Source: Candidatus Latescibacterota bacterium (lineage in GTDB: Bacteria; Latescibacterota; UBA2968; GCA-2709665). Taken from it: a stretch of DNA of 64,000 nucleotides. The stretch covers positions 2,720,001 to 2,784,000 of the forward strand of contig OZ220733.1 of the NCBI GenBank assembly GCA_965116875.1, given 5' to 3'. The notes beneath the pieces were generated by a model that was not told the origin of the DNA, ran no database searches, and saw nothing but the letters and a program-made list of their open reading frames with translations. Both the position numbers and the translations under genes were made by a program. The stretch's first letter is position 1; each line of letters opens with the position of its first letter. Positions 1 to 10,175 of the stretch are shown in pieces.

Positions 1-429
1 TCTGCCCATCAGGCGGCCGACCCTTTCCAGATGTCGCCCGGTCAGGTCGTGCTGGCCGCAAAACCGGCCGTTCACCCACCGGAAAAGCGCGCAGACTCTC
101 GGTTCCGGGATGCCCGGCGACGACGCGACCGTGAACAGATTTCCCTCCCGATCCGCGACCGGTACGGGCACGACGAGGTCCGTATCCCGGGTGATCGCAT
201 CCAGCCACTCCAGCTCCGACCGGAAGAGCGCCAGGTCCCTGTGCCCCGGCCGGTTGACGCGCAAGACGTACCGGCAGCCCCCCGCTCTGATCAGGAACGT
301 GGCGTTATGCCGGTGTTGCAGTGGCCGAAGCGTGAAATCACCCAGATCGTAGGACGCAAGCGCCTTGAGCGCGAGCCGTCGAAGGCGGTGCAACTGTCCT
401 CTGTATGTAAGGTTCTCAAAAGGAATCAA
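1..429 (-). CDS. Phosphotransferase (APH / homoserine kinase type II-like), 3' end outside the window
   Basis: Not in the ORF track because it has no stop. Manual translation from TTG at 429: LIPFENLTYRGQLHRLRRLALKALASY...HNATFLIRAGGCRYVLRVNRPG...SELEWLDAITRDTDLVVPVPV...CALFRWVNGR. Paralogous to 2222..3265. Confidence 0.8.
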   Translation of the reverse strand, partial: MIPFENLTYRGQLHRLRRLALKALASYDLGDFTLRPLQHRHNATFLIRAGGCRYVLRVNRPGHRDLALFRSELEWLDAITRDTDLVVPVPVADREGNLFTVASSPGIPEPRVCALFRWVNGRFCGQHDLTGRHLERVGRLMGR

Positions 430-552
430 GAATCAGGGTTCCCTTTTGTCTCGCGCGTTTTCCCGTCGGAGACGGCGTTGGTTCGACATTGCACGTTCTA
501 CGTACGTTGTAAAAGGCCGAACAATGGCTATGAAATCCGAGTACACAGATCA

Positions 553-1374
553 TCAAAGCCTCAGACAGGCATCCAACGCCACCCGGAAGAGCGCCTGTCT
601 GGCAGAATTCTCTCTTCCCATTTCTCTGGGGTCCCATTCCGCGCCGCTGACGTCGTCCGATCCGTAGAGTAGTTGCGCCAATTGTACGCCGCGGAATCTG
701 GCGGCCGCGAATAACGCCGCAGCTTCCATCTCAACCGTGATGCATCCATCCTGCCGGCGTCTTTCGACCTTTGACCGGGTCTCTCGATAGAACGCGTCCG
801 TCGTCCAGGTCTTTCCCTCGACGTACGGGCATCCGTTCTCGTTAAGCGACGAGACAATCGCCTGGACGGCTTCCGGGGTTGGTTCGACCTCCCGGCTCGG
901 GGGCAGGTAGTGGTACGACGTGCCTTCGTCCCGCAGAGCTGACGTTGGAACGACGATATGGCCGCTCGCGATGGACCTGTCGAGAACCCCCGCGCTCCCG
1001 CACACGATGAACCTGCGGCCGCCTCGAGCGATGATTTCCTCCAGGCATCCCACGGCGAGCGGGGCGCCGACCGCGCCCGGTAGAATCGAGAACTCCTGCC
1101 CGTCATATGTTCCTGAATAGACGGGGATCTCGCCCATGATACACTTGACGGGACGAAGGGGCCGCAGCGCGAGTTTCTGCTTTTCCTGTTCGATCGTCTG
1201 TCGGAAGTAGCAGACGACGCAGCGCTCCGGAACGTCTCGATGCCTGATGGCTTTCGACGGCTCGATGACGGCTTCCCGTTCCTCATCGAACTCCAGAATC
1301 GGATATGTAGCAGGCAATTTGGGCACCGCTCCTGAATTTTTCGTTTTCAATTCTTCTATGGGTCCCGGCGTCAC
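553..1374 (-). CDS. Nucleoside phosphorylase (PNP/UDP family)
   Basis: Motifs VGAP, CGSAGVL, ALRDEGTSYHY, TWTTDAFYRET, TVEMEAAALF. Confidence 0.9.
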   Translation of the reverse strand: MTPGPIEELKTKNSGAVPKLPATYPILEFDEEREAVIEPSKAIRHRDVPERCVVCYFRQTIEQEKQKLALRPLRPVKCIMGEIPVYSGTYDGQEFSILPGAVGAPLAVGCLEEIIARGGRRFIVCGSAGVLDRSIASGHIVVPTSALRDEGTSYHYLPPSREVEPTPEAVQAIVSSLNENGCPYVEGKTWTTDAFYRETRSKVERRRQDGCITVEMEAAALFAAARFRGVQLAQLLYGSDDVSGAEWDPREMGRENSARQALFRVALDACLRL

Positions 1375-2009
1375 TCGCCAAGGCGCTTCAGAATCGCGGC
1401 GGCCACCTGATCGGCCAGACGCTCGGAGCCCTCTTGTGTGAAGTGCACGTTTTCCGGCAGCTGGAGTTCCTTCAGTCGCGGCAGGGCGAAGGCATAGAGA
1501 TCGTTAATCGTAATGCCTGGCTGATTCATGATCTCAACCGCGGCGGCGTTGTATTTCGCCGCGTCTCCCTTCTTCCGACTGTTGGCCCCCGCCGGCACGG
1601 GTGTCGTCGTCGCCCAGATCAGCTTCGCTCCCGTCGTCTTCAGCCTCGACACCAGGTTCCGCAGATTCTCCTTATATTGATCGACAGACGTGAAATGTCT
1701 GCCCTTTCCCGCGTCGGTGAGTTTACCCTCGCCGTCGACGAATTTCAGGTCATGCAAGCCCCAATTGAAATGGATGACATCCCACTTCAGAGTGCCCAGC
1801 CACTCTTCCAGATGCGCCAGCCCGCGGCTCGTCGGACCGCAGTTCCGCGGTGGACGGTGGACGTTCGCCCTGCCCTTGAGGCGTTCTCGAGTCGGAATCG
1901 TATATCCCATCGAAATCGAGTCCCCGATCAGCAGCACGTCCGGCAGGTTCGGATCGCGGGTTATCTCCACAAATGAAGCATGGCGTCGGGCTGGTTTCGA
2001 AACTTGCAT
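1371..2009 (-). CDS. SGNH/GDSL hydrolase
   Basis: LIGDSIS nucleophile block, IHFNWGLHD, C-terminal NVHFT. Confidence 0.9.
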   Translation of the reverse strand: MQVSKPARRHASFVEITRDPNLPDVLLIGDSISMGYTIPTRERLKGRANVHRPPRNCGPTSRGLAHLEEWLGTLKWDVIHFNWGLHDLKFVDGEGKLTDAGKGRHFTSVDQYKENLRNLVSRLKTTGAKLIWATTTPVPAGANSRKKGDAAKYNAAAVEIMNQPGITINDLYAFALPRLKELQLPENVHFTQEGSERLADQVAAAILKRLGE

Positions 2010-2221
2010 AGAGCGCTCCCTGGATTGAATCAGATTCGGGATTACGGTTCGTGAGCGTCCGTTGTAGAGTCTGAACTTCGGATCCCTGAAAGGATGGAAA
2101 AAAGTACCGCGGACGCTGTCATAGATTTACCTCCTTGCGAATAATGGCTCGTTGACGAAATCGGTCCCGTTCGCAAAGTCCAACTTCTGGTGCAGGTTTC
2201 AAGCTACCCCTGTTTCCCAAA

Positions 2222-3265
2222 TCACAGATCCTCCATCCATTCAAGAACGAACGGTTCACCCTCGAGATATTTCCGGCAGGCGCCTTGCGCAAAGCGGGAA
2301 AACGTCGGGAAGTCCTCATCTGGATCCATTGCACGCCAGGAAAGCAGGCGAATGCAGGACTCGATAAAGAAACTCTCGATTTTTCGCAGATGGTCGTCCG
2401 GCAGGCTGTGCTGCTGTTCGTACCCGTTGAGAAAAGCCCGGCAAAGCGTGGGACTCATCGGATTCACGGCAAAGCACCAACCGACGTCGGCGAGAAAATG
2501 CCCGAATCGACACCAGTCGAAATCAATGGGACGAATCTCGCCTCGATGTACGATGCAGTTGCCGCACGAGAAGTCTCCGTGTAGCAATCCCCGGAACCGC
2601 GGAGATCTTTCCATATCCGTGACATGCTCGATGAATCGACTCACAGCCCGTTCCAGTACCGCGAAGTCGAGGGCGCCGATGCGACCATCGTCTGTAGCGG
2701 GACGCAGCCGATTCAGGTCGAGTCGCAGGTCTTCGGGTACGCCCCCGGGGCGCGTAAAGCCTTCCGGAAACGTCCACTGACTGCTGTGCCGGTGAATTTT
2801 TCCGAGGGCCGTTCCCACGTTGTGAAGTATTCCCGGAGGCAGGTCAACAAATGCCTCGTCCCCGTAGTTGTCCCAGACCAACTCGCCGTCGACCCAGCGG
2901 AGAAGGGTCACGAGAAAGGCCCGATTGCCATTGGACGTCACGGGGGTGATGAAGTCTCCCGACAGGCTCCGGACCGGTCTCTGTACGACCAGATCGGTGT
3001 CGCGGTCCAGGGCTTCGAGCCAGAGAAGGTGGGACCGGATCGTTGCTTGATCATCGTGAATGTCCCTGTCACGCTCGGCATAATACACGGTGACGAGGTA
3101 ACTCCCGGATGCCCCGTCAGCACGGAATTTGACCATGCTGTAACCTGAAAAGCCGATATGGCCCACCTGTCTGCGCTCGGCGATGCGGGCTTCCCCTGTC
3201 TCGTAGTTCTCCAGGGCTCGATCGGCGGCGTGCAGGTAATGGTAGAGGCGTTCTCCCATTGGCAC
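2222..3265 (-). CDS. Phosphotransferase (APH / type II homoserine kinase-like)
   Basis: LHGDFSCGNC (Brenner motif), IDFDWC, DRDTDLVV shared with the gene at 1..429. Confidence 0.85.
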   Translation of the reverse strand: MPMGERLYHYLHAADRALENYETGEARIAERRQVGHIGFSGYSMVKFRADGASGSYLVTVYYAERDRDIHDDQATIRSHLLWLEALDRDTDLVVQRPVRSLSGDFITPVTSNGNRAFLVTLLRWVDGELVWDNYGDEAFVDLPPGILHNVGTALGKIHRHSSQWTFPEGFTRPGGVPEDLRLDLNRLRPATDDGRIGALDFAVLERAVSRFIEHVTDMERSPRFRGLLHGDFSCGNCIVHRGEIRPIDFDWCRFGHFLADVGWCFAVNPMSPTLCRAFLNGYEQQHSLPDDHLRKIESFFIESCIRLLSWRAMDPDEDFPTFSRFAQGACRKYLEGEPFVLEWMEDL

Positions 3266-3350
3266 TCAACTTAAGGATTGAAGAAGCGATTCGCTGGAAC
3301 TGGCAACCAAAAAGGCGGAACTGATCGGGAGCCCGTTTGATGCTCCAATT

Positions 3351-3459
3351 ACTCCCCCCTTGAGGGGGAGTCGCAGAAGCCGAGCCGATCCCTGAGCTTG
3401 CGGTCCCTGAGCCAGTCGAAGGGTCGAAGGGCCGGCGACGGCTGATGCGGTGGGGGGAT
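3351..3459. repeat. Intergenic palindromic repeat with a nested CCCTGAGC-nnn-TCGAAGGG hairpin core
   Basis: ACTCCCCCCTTGAGGGGGAGT hairpin, then GCCGAGCCG[at CCCTGAGCTTG[cggt CCCTGAGCCAGTCGAAGGG]TCGAAGGG c]CGGCGACGGC. The core recurs at 34336-34400. Confidence 0.85.
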
Positions 3460-3539
3460 GGCAACACCTTGTTGTTAACTTGCAGCATGAAGAAACATCG
3501 ACGCACTTTGTGCGAAAGTTTCCAGTCAGCCCCGAATCC

Positions 3540-4214
3540 CTATTGCCTGCGTCCCACCAGGAGCGTGTTGGGCGGGTCCTGCCAGGGGCATGCGGCGACA
3601 AATCCGGCTTCCCGCAGGGCAGCGAGTTCGTCCTCAACCGGGAAGTACGTGTCTTCGGATGCCCATTCGTCGAAGTGCTCGCGTGCACGCCGTTCGCTGA
3701 TTCCGCATGAAACGAGGTGGGCCGTCCAGATGCGATAGCACCGTTCGCGTTCGTCCGGGTCCGCGGTCATCGTCACATCTGTGGTTACGAACACTCCGCC
3801 GGGACGGAGTGACCGGAAAATGTGCTTGTACAGAACCCGCTTGCGTTCCATCAGAGGAATGTGGTGCAGGGCCAAGCAGGCCGCCACGGCGTCGCACGCG
3901 GGCAGCGGCGCTTCGAACGAACACTCGCGAAACCGCACGCGGTTCCCGAATCGATTCAGCCGGATGCGTGCCCGGTCCAGCATCTCCGGATCGACGTCGA
4001 TGGCTTCCACGGCGCCCACGCATTCGTGTTCGAGCATCGCTTCGGCAAGGGCCCCCGTTCCGGTGCCCAGGTCCAGCGCAAGGGCGGGGCGGATGGCGGC
4101 GACTTCTCCGGCGATCCTGCTCAGGCCTTCCTCGTAGCCCGGGATGAACCGGCGGATGGTTTCGTCGTAGGCATCGATCTCGAGACGCAGATGGCTGCGG
4201 ACGGAATGACGCAT
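3540..4214 (-). CDS. Class I SAM-dependent methyltransferase
   Basis: LDLGTGTG motif I, IDVDPEML, LALHHI, LRPGGVF. Confidence 0.9.
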   Translation of the reverse strand: MRHSVRSHLRLEIDAYDETIRRFIPGYEEGLSRIAGEVAAIRPALALDLGTGTGALAEAMLEHECVGAVEAIDVDPEMLDRARIRLNRFGNRVRFRECSFEAPLPACDAVAACLALHHIPLMERKRVLYKHIFRSLRPGGVFVTTDVTMTADPDERERCYRIWTAHLVSCGISERRAREHFDEWASEDTYFPVEDELAALREAGFVAACPWQDPPNTLLVGRRQ

Positions 4215-4301
4215 AGGGCGGGTACGTGTGGATGCCGATTTTCGCGAATTCGGCAGTCAGGCGCTGCGAGAGGACGTGAAGACCCATCGGGCGCCGCAAA
4301 A

Positions 4302-4580
4302 TCAGGTGAGAACGATGCGGAGTTGCTTACCCAGGGCACGCGCGGCGCGGTCCATAGTACGCAAGGTTACGGAGGAATTGGAGGAGTCGAGCAGGCGGTC
4401 CAGCGCCGAACGACTGGTTTGCATGCGTTTTGCCATCGCCGACTTGGACAGCTTGTTCTCCTCCATGAACTGACGCAACTGATACGCAATGACGCGTTTC
4501 GTTGCCGTGGCCTCAGCTTCAACGAGAAGGCTCTCTTCAGCGAGGAAGTCGTCACAGCTGCTACCGACATGTTTGTTCAT
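4302..4580 (-). CDS. XRE/HTH antitoxin-like protein with no adjacent toxin
   Basis: MNKHVGSSCDDFLAEE N-terminus and LSKSAMAKRMQTSRSALDRLLD HTH, typical of HigA-like antitoxins. Confidence 0.8.
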   Translation of the reverse strand: MNKHVGSSCDDFLAEESLLVEAEATATKRVIAYQLRQFMEENKLSKSAMAKRMQTSRSALDRLLDSSNSSVTLRTMDRAARALGKQLRIVLT

Positions 4581-4616
4581 TTTGTCCCTCTTAGCGTCAT
4601 TCGCCTGGTGTGTGCC

Positions 4617-5426
4617 CTACTTTTCAACGACGAAGTGAACGTGGTTCGTCGTATCTCTGAACTGGGGCAATTCCGATGTTTCCGCCGCGAATTCCAGGAC
4701 GTTAGCATATGCTTCCGGTTCATCCTTCCTGAGTGAGTCGAGAAGCGGCGCCATGCCATTTGGAAATCCCTCTGCACCGGCATAACTGACAATTCGCAGC
4801 CCCGCATCCTGAAGCTCCGTTCCGGCGATCTCGGGGTTGGACCAGTGACATTCGGTGAAATTGGGACGTTCAGGATCTTCAAAGGTCCTCTCACCGAGCA
4901 TGCTCCGAAGAAAGTCGGGATCATTGAAGCGCTTCGGGAAACCGGTTATTCCACATCGAAGCAGGCCCCACGAATTGAGAAAGGCCACAATCGCCCTACC
5001 GCCCGGCCTCAGGATGCGGATCATCTCCCTCAACGCCTGTGATCGATCCTCTCTTGCGATCAGGTGATAGAGAGGTCCGAGAAGGAGGGCGCAATCGAAT
5101 GATTCGTTCTCGAAGACACCCAGGTCGCGTGCGTCTCCCCGAACAAACCGTTCCGCGTTGATTCCTTCCGCCGCAAACGCCCGCTCTGCTCTCTCCAACA
5201 GCTTCCCGGAGAGGTCGAGCAGTGTCACCTGGTACCCGCGTCTGGCGAGTTCGATGGCGTAACGGCCCGGTCCGCTCCCGATGTCGCATATCGCGCCGTT
5301 CGAGGGGAAGTATTTCTCGATCAGGCGCAGGGTGGATCCGAACTCGATTCGCGAAAGCCCGGTTTCCAGTCGTTCCCACTCACGTTCAGGCGCCGAATCG
5401 TAATAGTTTCTGACGTATTCGCTCAT
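4617..5426 (-). CDS. Class I SAM-dependent methyltransferase
   Basis: CDIGSGPGRY, LLDLS, GDARDL, LLLGPLYHL, LRPGG. Confidence 0.9.
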   Translation of the reverse strand: MSEYVRNYYDSAPEREWERLETGLSRIEFGSTLRLIEKYFPSNGAICDIGSGPGRYAIELARRGYQVTLLDLSGKLLERAERAFAAEGINAERFVRGDARDLGVFENESFDCALLLGPLYHLIAREDRSQALREMIRILRPGGRAIVAFLNSWGLLRCGITGFPKRFNDPDFLRSMLGERTFEDPERPNFTECHWSNPEIAGTELQDAGLRIVSYAGAEGFPNGMAPLLDSLRKDEPEAYANVLEFAAETSELPQFRDTTNHVHFVVEK

Positions 5427-5533
5427 TCAGGTTTCAATTGAAAAGACGGTTCCTGTTGAGGCTCGTCCAGTCTCTTTCACATCAACCTGATATCTGTTGG
5501 ATCCATCTGCTTCGTGTACCCAGGCTTCCAATC

Positions 5534-6316
5534 TCAAATGAAGTTTCGCAGGTCCAGCAGGTTTCCAATCTCGGCGAATGGCTGGATGTCGCCGGGATCC
5601 CTGTCCTTCCGATTCACCCAGATCCCCCGGATTCCGGCCTCCTGCGCTCCGCGGATGTCTTTCCGGATATTGTCTCCCACCATCAGGATCTGCTCCGGTC
5701 CGGTATTCGCAAGCCGAATCGCGTTCTCATAGAAAACTGGATGGGGCTTGGCGAATCCGATGTCTGCCGAGACGAGTACGGCATCAAAATAACCCGCCAG
5801 ACCGCTGGTCTCGAACTTCAGTCTCTGCAGATCGGATGCGCCGTTGGTGGCCAGAACCAGTCGAACGGCGCCATTGAGTTCATCCAGTATTTCGGCAGTC
5901 TCCGGAAAATGCTCGAACAGTTCCGTCCGGGTCTCGACGAATTCGTCAGCCAGGGTTCGAGCCAGCCGTTCGTCGTCAACGCCCATGTCGTTTAGCGCAC
6001 GTGACCAGGCCTCGAACCGGTACGTCGGAGCCCATTCACGCAGCCAGACGAGGTTCTCATCCTCGCCGGCGAACCCGCACCACAAGCCCTCCCAGGAACT
6101 GATCCCGACCCGGCGGCAGTACTCGATCGCCGGCGTTGAGCGCCAGAGTTCCCCGGCCCGCTCCAGGACCCTGTCCCTGAGTTCGGACGGATCCACGCCT
6201 GCGACAGCATTCGCGCGTTGGCCGGTCTGCTCGACCGCTCTCAGCGCGATTGGTTTTTCAAGAATGAGGGTTTCGTCAAGATCGAACAGGATCGTCCTGA
6301 CCGCGGTACAGACCAT
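5534..6316 (-). CDS. HAD-family hydrolase
   Basis: FDLDETL motif I, ATNG, KPHP, MVGDNIRKDI. Start moved to the ATG just upstream of motif I. Confidence 0.88.
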   Translation of the reverse strand: MVCTAVRTILFDLDETLILEKPIALRAVEQTGQRANAVAGVDPSELRDRVLERAGELWRSTPAIEYCRRVGISSWEGLWCGFAGEDENLVWLREWAPTYRFEAWSRALNDMGVDDERLARTLADEFVETRTELFEHFPETAEILDELNGAVRLVLATNGASDLQRLKFETSGLAGYFDAVLVSADIGFAKPHPVFYENAIRLANTGPEQILMVGDNIRKDIRGAQEAGIRGIWVNRKDRDPGDIQPFAEIGNLLDLRNFI

Positions 6317-6371
6317 CGGTTTACTCGATTTCCACCATCCTGAATGAAGACCTGCGGTTCTCGAATTTCTT

Positions 6372-7175
6372 TCAGGTCGTTGGCTGACGCCGCGCGGCTT
6401 CCCATAACGTCGGCACATCCTGAATGTTTCTGACTTCTGGGAAAAACCGCGCCATGTTGTCGGCGCATATCGATTGGACCATGTCGTCGATGTAGGCCGG
6501 GCTGACGAGGGACTCGATGCGTTCGTTCCAGGTACTCCGGTTCTGATGCCCGCTTCCCGCGTCGAGCGTATCCACCGGTATTCGCAGGAAGTCCGCCAGT
6601 CGCCGATGGGAACAGGCCAGTTCGTGAGTCCTTATCAAGAGCCGCCGGTCCTCCGGGATCTGCCGGGTACACCTGTCGACATGCCCGTTCCAGACATTCA
6701 GATAGGCCGCAACCGAATAAAGCCCTCTCTCTGCGAGCGCGCGATCATGCCGTGAATGGGGATGGTGTTCCGGTTTGGACCACCAGGGTAGGAAATCCAG
6801 GATTTCAGAGGGCATCTCGCGGCTGAGGATGTGCCCGACGGCCGATTGAAGCCACGAATAACAGTCCCGGATGAGCACGATGAACTTCGAAGCGGGGAAG
6901 ACATCCAGCAGATGGCCGATGACGAACTGGTTTGCCCACGAAACATCGTATTCCAGGTTGAGCCGGGCGTCCCGCTCGATTAGAAACTCTCGGAATCCCT
7001 CTGCGGTGACTTCACCGTTGGATTCACGGAGGATCATGTCGAGTAACTCCGGCCGTTCCGGCTCGTGGGCCGCGCGGTAATGCGCGGAAAGCAGCCCCAC
7101 GAGAGATGCCGTACCGGACTTCGCCTGCCCCACGCAAAAAGCTTTGACCCGAACTGGATTGCGATTAACGGTCAT
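6372..7175 (-). CDS. Sulfotransferase-like P-loop protein
   Basis: VGQAKSGTASL (5'-PSB-like), HEPE, FPASKFIVLIRDCYSWLQS (3'-PB-like). Start moved to ATG 7175. Confidence 0.7.
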   Translation of the reverse strand: MTVNRNPVRVKAFCVGQAKSGTASLVGLLSAHYRAAHEPERPELLDMILRESNGEVTAEGFREFLIERDARLNLEYDVSWANQFVIGHLLDVFPASKFIVLIRDCYSWLQSAVGHILSREMPSEILDFLPWWSKPEHHPHSRHDRALAERGLYSVAAYLNVWNGHVDRCTRQIPEDRRLLIRTHELACSHRRLADFLRIPVDTLDAGSGHQNRSTWNERIESLVSPAYIDDMVQSICADNMARFFPEVRNIQDVPTLWEAARRQPTT

Positions 7176-7300
7176 GGTGTTCCCGGAAGCGCCTGAAAGC
7201 GTCGTTTTTCCGACTTGGACAAAATGACGTCGAACTCCGCAATCGATTCGTCCGCAATTCGAAAATTGGACTTCGATTCCAAACGGTGCCCGCGCAGCCA

Positions 7301-7504
7301 TTACGCAGATTGAGAACCGTTGTTGGTTTTTCCAAGGAAACAAGCGTGGTGAACAACGATCTTTCGATCTCTCGTATAGTGTATGTCGAATTCAATAGCA
7401 TCGGCACCGATTTCAATGGCTACTTCAAAGTCCGACAGAGTATTCTCCGGTGCCTTTTGGCCAGAGCCCCGATGGGCATGAATTGCTGGAAAAGACATTG
7501 CCAT
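7301..7504 (-). pseudogene. Glycerophosphodiester phosphodiesterase N-terminal fragment
   Basis: AHRGSGQKAPENTLSDFEVAIEIGADAIEFDIHYTRDRKIVVHH, then a stop at 67 aa, far shorter than a complete TIM-barrel GDPD. Confidence 0.75.
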
Positions 7505-7631
7505 GAAAAAGCTAGTCGCTCAGGGACGAAATCTGGTTTCCAGGGGTGCGTTGATGATCACGATCGCTTTACTGTTCAAAAACCTCGAGGTCGCCGAAGG
7601 CTCGCCAAAAGGTTTCGACTCCTGCCCGAAG

Positions 7632-8231
7632 TCAATTGTCAAATAACATGGCCCCAACGGCTTCAAGTCGATATTGGTCGCCATCGTATGCTATGGTCGT
7701 AACCGAGCATTCTCGAAAGACTTCTCCACCGTATGGGTCATTGCAGAATTTAGGTCTGACGCGAGTCAGCTCTTCAGACGAAAAGACATTGAGAAGGAAG
7801 TCTGCCAGGACACCACCATGGGTCACCCCGATCACCGTATCCCGGGATGACTGACGATAGCGATCGGAAACGAAATCCTCAATGCGCCGCCCGGCCGCTA
7901 CGCTTGAATCACCAACAGCGGGTTGGTAGTTCCGTTCTCTGGAACAGTGCTCCCACTGAGCCATAAATTCATCGAATGATTGGCCCTCAATGTCTCCCCA
8001 ATTCACTCGTTCCCGCAGCCGTGAATCTTCGGTAACTTCGAGATTCAAGACGGCGGCGACGATCCCCGCAGTATCTCTTGTACGTGCCAGTGGACTGCTG
8101 AAGATTCTTGTGATGCCGTGTGTTGCCAACTTCCCGGCGAGCCGTTCCGCCTCTTCCCGACCTTCTCGTGTCAATGGCGGATCGCCGATCCTGTGTTCTC
8201 TCTTACCATGGCGAATAAAGTGACAGCGCAT
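7632..8231 (-). CDS. Histidine phosphatase (phosphoglycerate mutase superfamily)
   Basis: IRHG, DPPLT, SSPLARTRDTA, LRE, VTHGG. Confidence 0.88.
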   Translation of the reverse strand: MRCHFIRHGKREHRIGDPPLTREGREEAERLAGKLATHGITRIFSSPLARTRDTAGIVAAVLNLEVTEDSRLRERVNWGDIEGQSFDEFMAQWEHCSRERNYQPAVGDSSVAAGRRIEDFVSDRYRQSSRDTVIGVTHGGVLADFLLNVFSSEELTRVRPKFCNDPYGGEVFRECSVTTIAYDGDQYRLEAVGAMLFDN

Positions 8232-8292
8232 CAAGTGTACCTGTTTTCCGGTTTTTCTTGTCCACACCCGGGATCGCGCCGAATTCCCTTTG

Positions 8293-8877
8293 TCACGAGT
8301 CAAGAGGTGCAAGGTCAATCGGAGTCAACACGCCGAAAAAGCCATACTTGGTTCCGGAAGGATCTCCTTTCCCGGGTGGAAAGTACTCCTCAATCAAGTC
8401 CAGAAGACGACGGTTGAACTCTGCCGCCTGCTGTTCCGAGAGTCGCGCGCGGTTGTGGTTGACGGAGCTTTGAAAACTCGGCCCGAATATACCGTCCGCA
8501 CTCTCCCGAAACGCTTGGTTGAACTGGAAGGCAACTTCCGAAGGTACCGGCTCGGTGTTTTCAGCATTATTGTCACGTCGGTCCGGGAATCGAATGCTGT
8601 CCGCCGCGGGGATGCAACGCCAGGCCCCGGGGTCACTGCCGGTTTCATTGAGGCGTACGATCTCCGATTCCGCGAGTCGCTCCAGGTGTCGAAGGATGCG
8701 GGAATCAGTCACACCCAACGTCGACGAAATCTCCGCAACGGATTTCCCTTCGCCAAGGGTTTCAAGGATGCGCCGGCGGATGGGGTCTGCGAGCAGACAG
8801 ACTCGCTCGTCATCGATAACAAGCAGAGAACCCCGTCCTGTTTCAACCGGAAATGTGAACTCGATCCAGCCGGCCAT
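8293..8877 (-). CDS. ArsR-like winged-HTH protein
   Basis: LADPIRRRILETL...SVAEISSTLGV...HLERLAESEIV. Start uncertain. Confidence 0.7.
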   Translation of the reverse strand: MAGWIEFTFPVETGRGSLLVIDDERVCLLADPIRRRILETLGEGKSVAEISSTLGVTDSRILRHLERLAESEIVRLNETGSDPGAWRCIPAADSIRFPDRRDNNAENTEPVPSEVAFQFNQAFRESADGIFGPSFQSSVNHNRARLSEQQAAEFNRRLLDLIEEYFPPGKGDPSGTKYGFFGVLTPIDLAPLDS

Positions 8878-8967
8878 CCGGAACCCCCATTTGACTGTCT
8901 TTGACCTCGTTGTATTGAGCAAAAAAACGACTCCAAATGCCATGCAAACCGCATCCTCGGTGTGAGA

Positions 8968-9666
8968 TCACCCGCGACCGACACCCAATATCCGAGGCAG
9001 GTCGGCCAACGAAGCAATCTCGAAATCGGCCTGGATCCCGGTGTCGTTCCTCACGCCATCGCGATTCAACCACACAGCAGGCGCTCCGGCATTGTGCGCT
9101 CCCGCAACGTCGTTTTCCAGAGAATCCCCCACGTGCAGAAGCTGCTCCAGCGGACAGCCCGCCCGGCGCGCGGTAATCTGAAAGATCCGTCGATCGGGCT
9201 TCTCAATGCGCACATCCTGAGAAAACACAACGAAGGCAAATCGTCCTTCAAGTCCGCAGCGTTCGGGATAGCTGTTCCCGTTTGACAGAAGTCCGATCCT
9301 GAAATGCGGTGTCAGAATGTCCAGAGTCGGCAACACATCCGGATACAATTCGATGTCCTCAAACCGGTGCTTCCGATATACCTGATTCAGATGAAGAGCC
9401 AGATTTCTGTCGTGGCAGCCAACGCGCTCAAGCGTCCTCTCGAATGCAATTCGTCTGATTTCCGAAAGATTCCAGACCTTGCCCCTCAATTCGTCGGAAA
9501 CCCGATCGCGAATGTCAATCATCTCGTCTACCGTGAGGCGCGATGCAGGCTTTGTAGGGACCTTCCTGCGCAGTTCCACCAATGCGTGTTTCAGCGAATG
9601 CCTCATGACCTTATGAAAATCCCACAGGGTCATGTCGCCGTCAAATGAAATCGCTGAAATTCGCAA
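8968..9666 (-). CDS. HAD-family hydrolase
   Basis: FDGDMTL, LSNGN, EKPDRRIF, HVGDSLENDVAGA. Confidence 0.88.
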   Translation of the reverse strand: MRISAISFDGDMTLWDFHKVMRHSLKHALVELRRKVPTKPASRLTVDEMIDIRDRVSDELRGKVWNLSEIRRIAFERTLERVGCHDRNLALHLNQVYRKHRFEDIELYPDVLPTLDILTPHFRIGLLSNGNSYPERCGLEGRFAFVVFSQDVRIEKPDRRIFQITARRAGCPLEQLLHVGDSLENDVAGAHNAGAPAVWLNRDGVRNDTGIQADFEIASLADLPRILGVGRG

Positions 9667-9688
9667 GGTTTCCGCCTCCGGCTGACCT

Positions 9689-9753
9689 TACCTACGACGC
9701 GTCACCGCTTGCACTCCGCGGCGCTCGCTGCTTCGCCATCCTGGCAATCAACG
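9689..9753. repeat. Direct repeat copy of the 3' end of gene 10566..11012
   Basis: 62/65 nt identical to 10563-10627 by manual alignment; weaker similarity extends about 28 nt further left in both copies. Confidence 0.9.
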
Positions 9754-9857
9754 TCTAAAGAAATCCCGCTAGAAGAGTCGTCTAGCGGGAACCCGTAGAG
9801 CCCGATAAATTGCTTAGGATCGTGGTTGAAAGGATCTGGTCTACAATCACCACTGCC

Positions 9858-10175
9858 TCAGACTGAAATCTCCAAATATTCACCAGGGGCCATTCGTTCA
9901 ACCGCGCTCTGGATGTCGTCGATTCGCAACCGAATGCGAGGCCATGAGGTCGTAAGCAGAACCATGATCGCCAACTGTCTATCGGACAGATTCTGTTGAT
10001 ATCGGAGATTCTGGTCTGTGGAGATCAAGAGTTCGTAACCATCCTGCTCACTTGCCTGAAACAACTCGCTGTTCTGAAGGTGGGACCATCCCCGCTCAAA
10101 TGCAGTATCGACAGAATGATTCGACAGATATCGTCGAAGAGGCACGGGTGTGCCCTGATCAAAGAGAATCTTCAT
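9858..10175 (-). CDS. PIN-like toxin (DUF5615 / VapC45-like)
   Basis: MKILFDQGTPVPL...GW..L.N.EL...LLISTDQNLRYQQNL; overlaps the upstream DUF433 gene (ATGA). Confidence 0.8.
   Translation of the reverse strand: MKILFDQGTPVPLRRYLSNHSVDTAFERGWSHLQNSELFQASEQDGYELLISTDQNLRYQQNLSDRQLAIMVLLTTSWPRIRLRIDDIQSAVERMAPGEYLEISV

Noticed and set aside
5427-5490. Imperfect hairpin TCAGGTT...AACCTGA as an integron attC site
   Set aside because: The GTT/AAC order is the reverse of attC (RYYYAAC...GTTRRRY), and the motif is not repeated between other genes.
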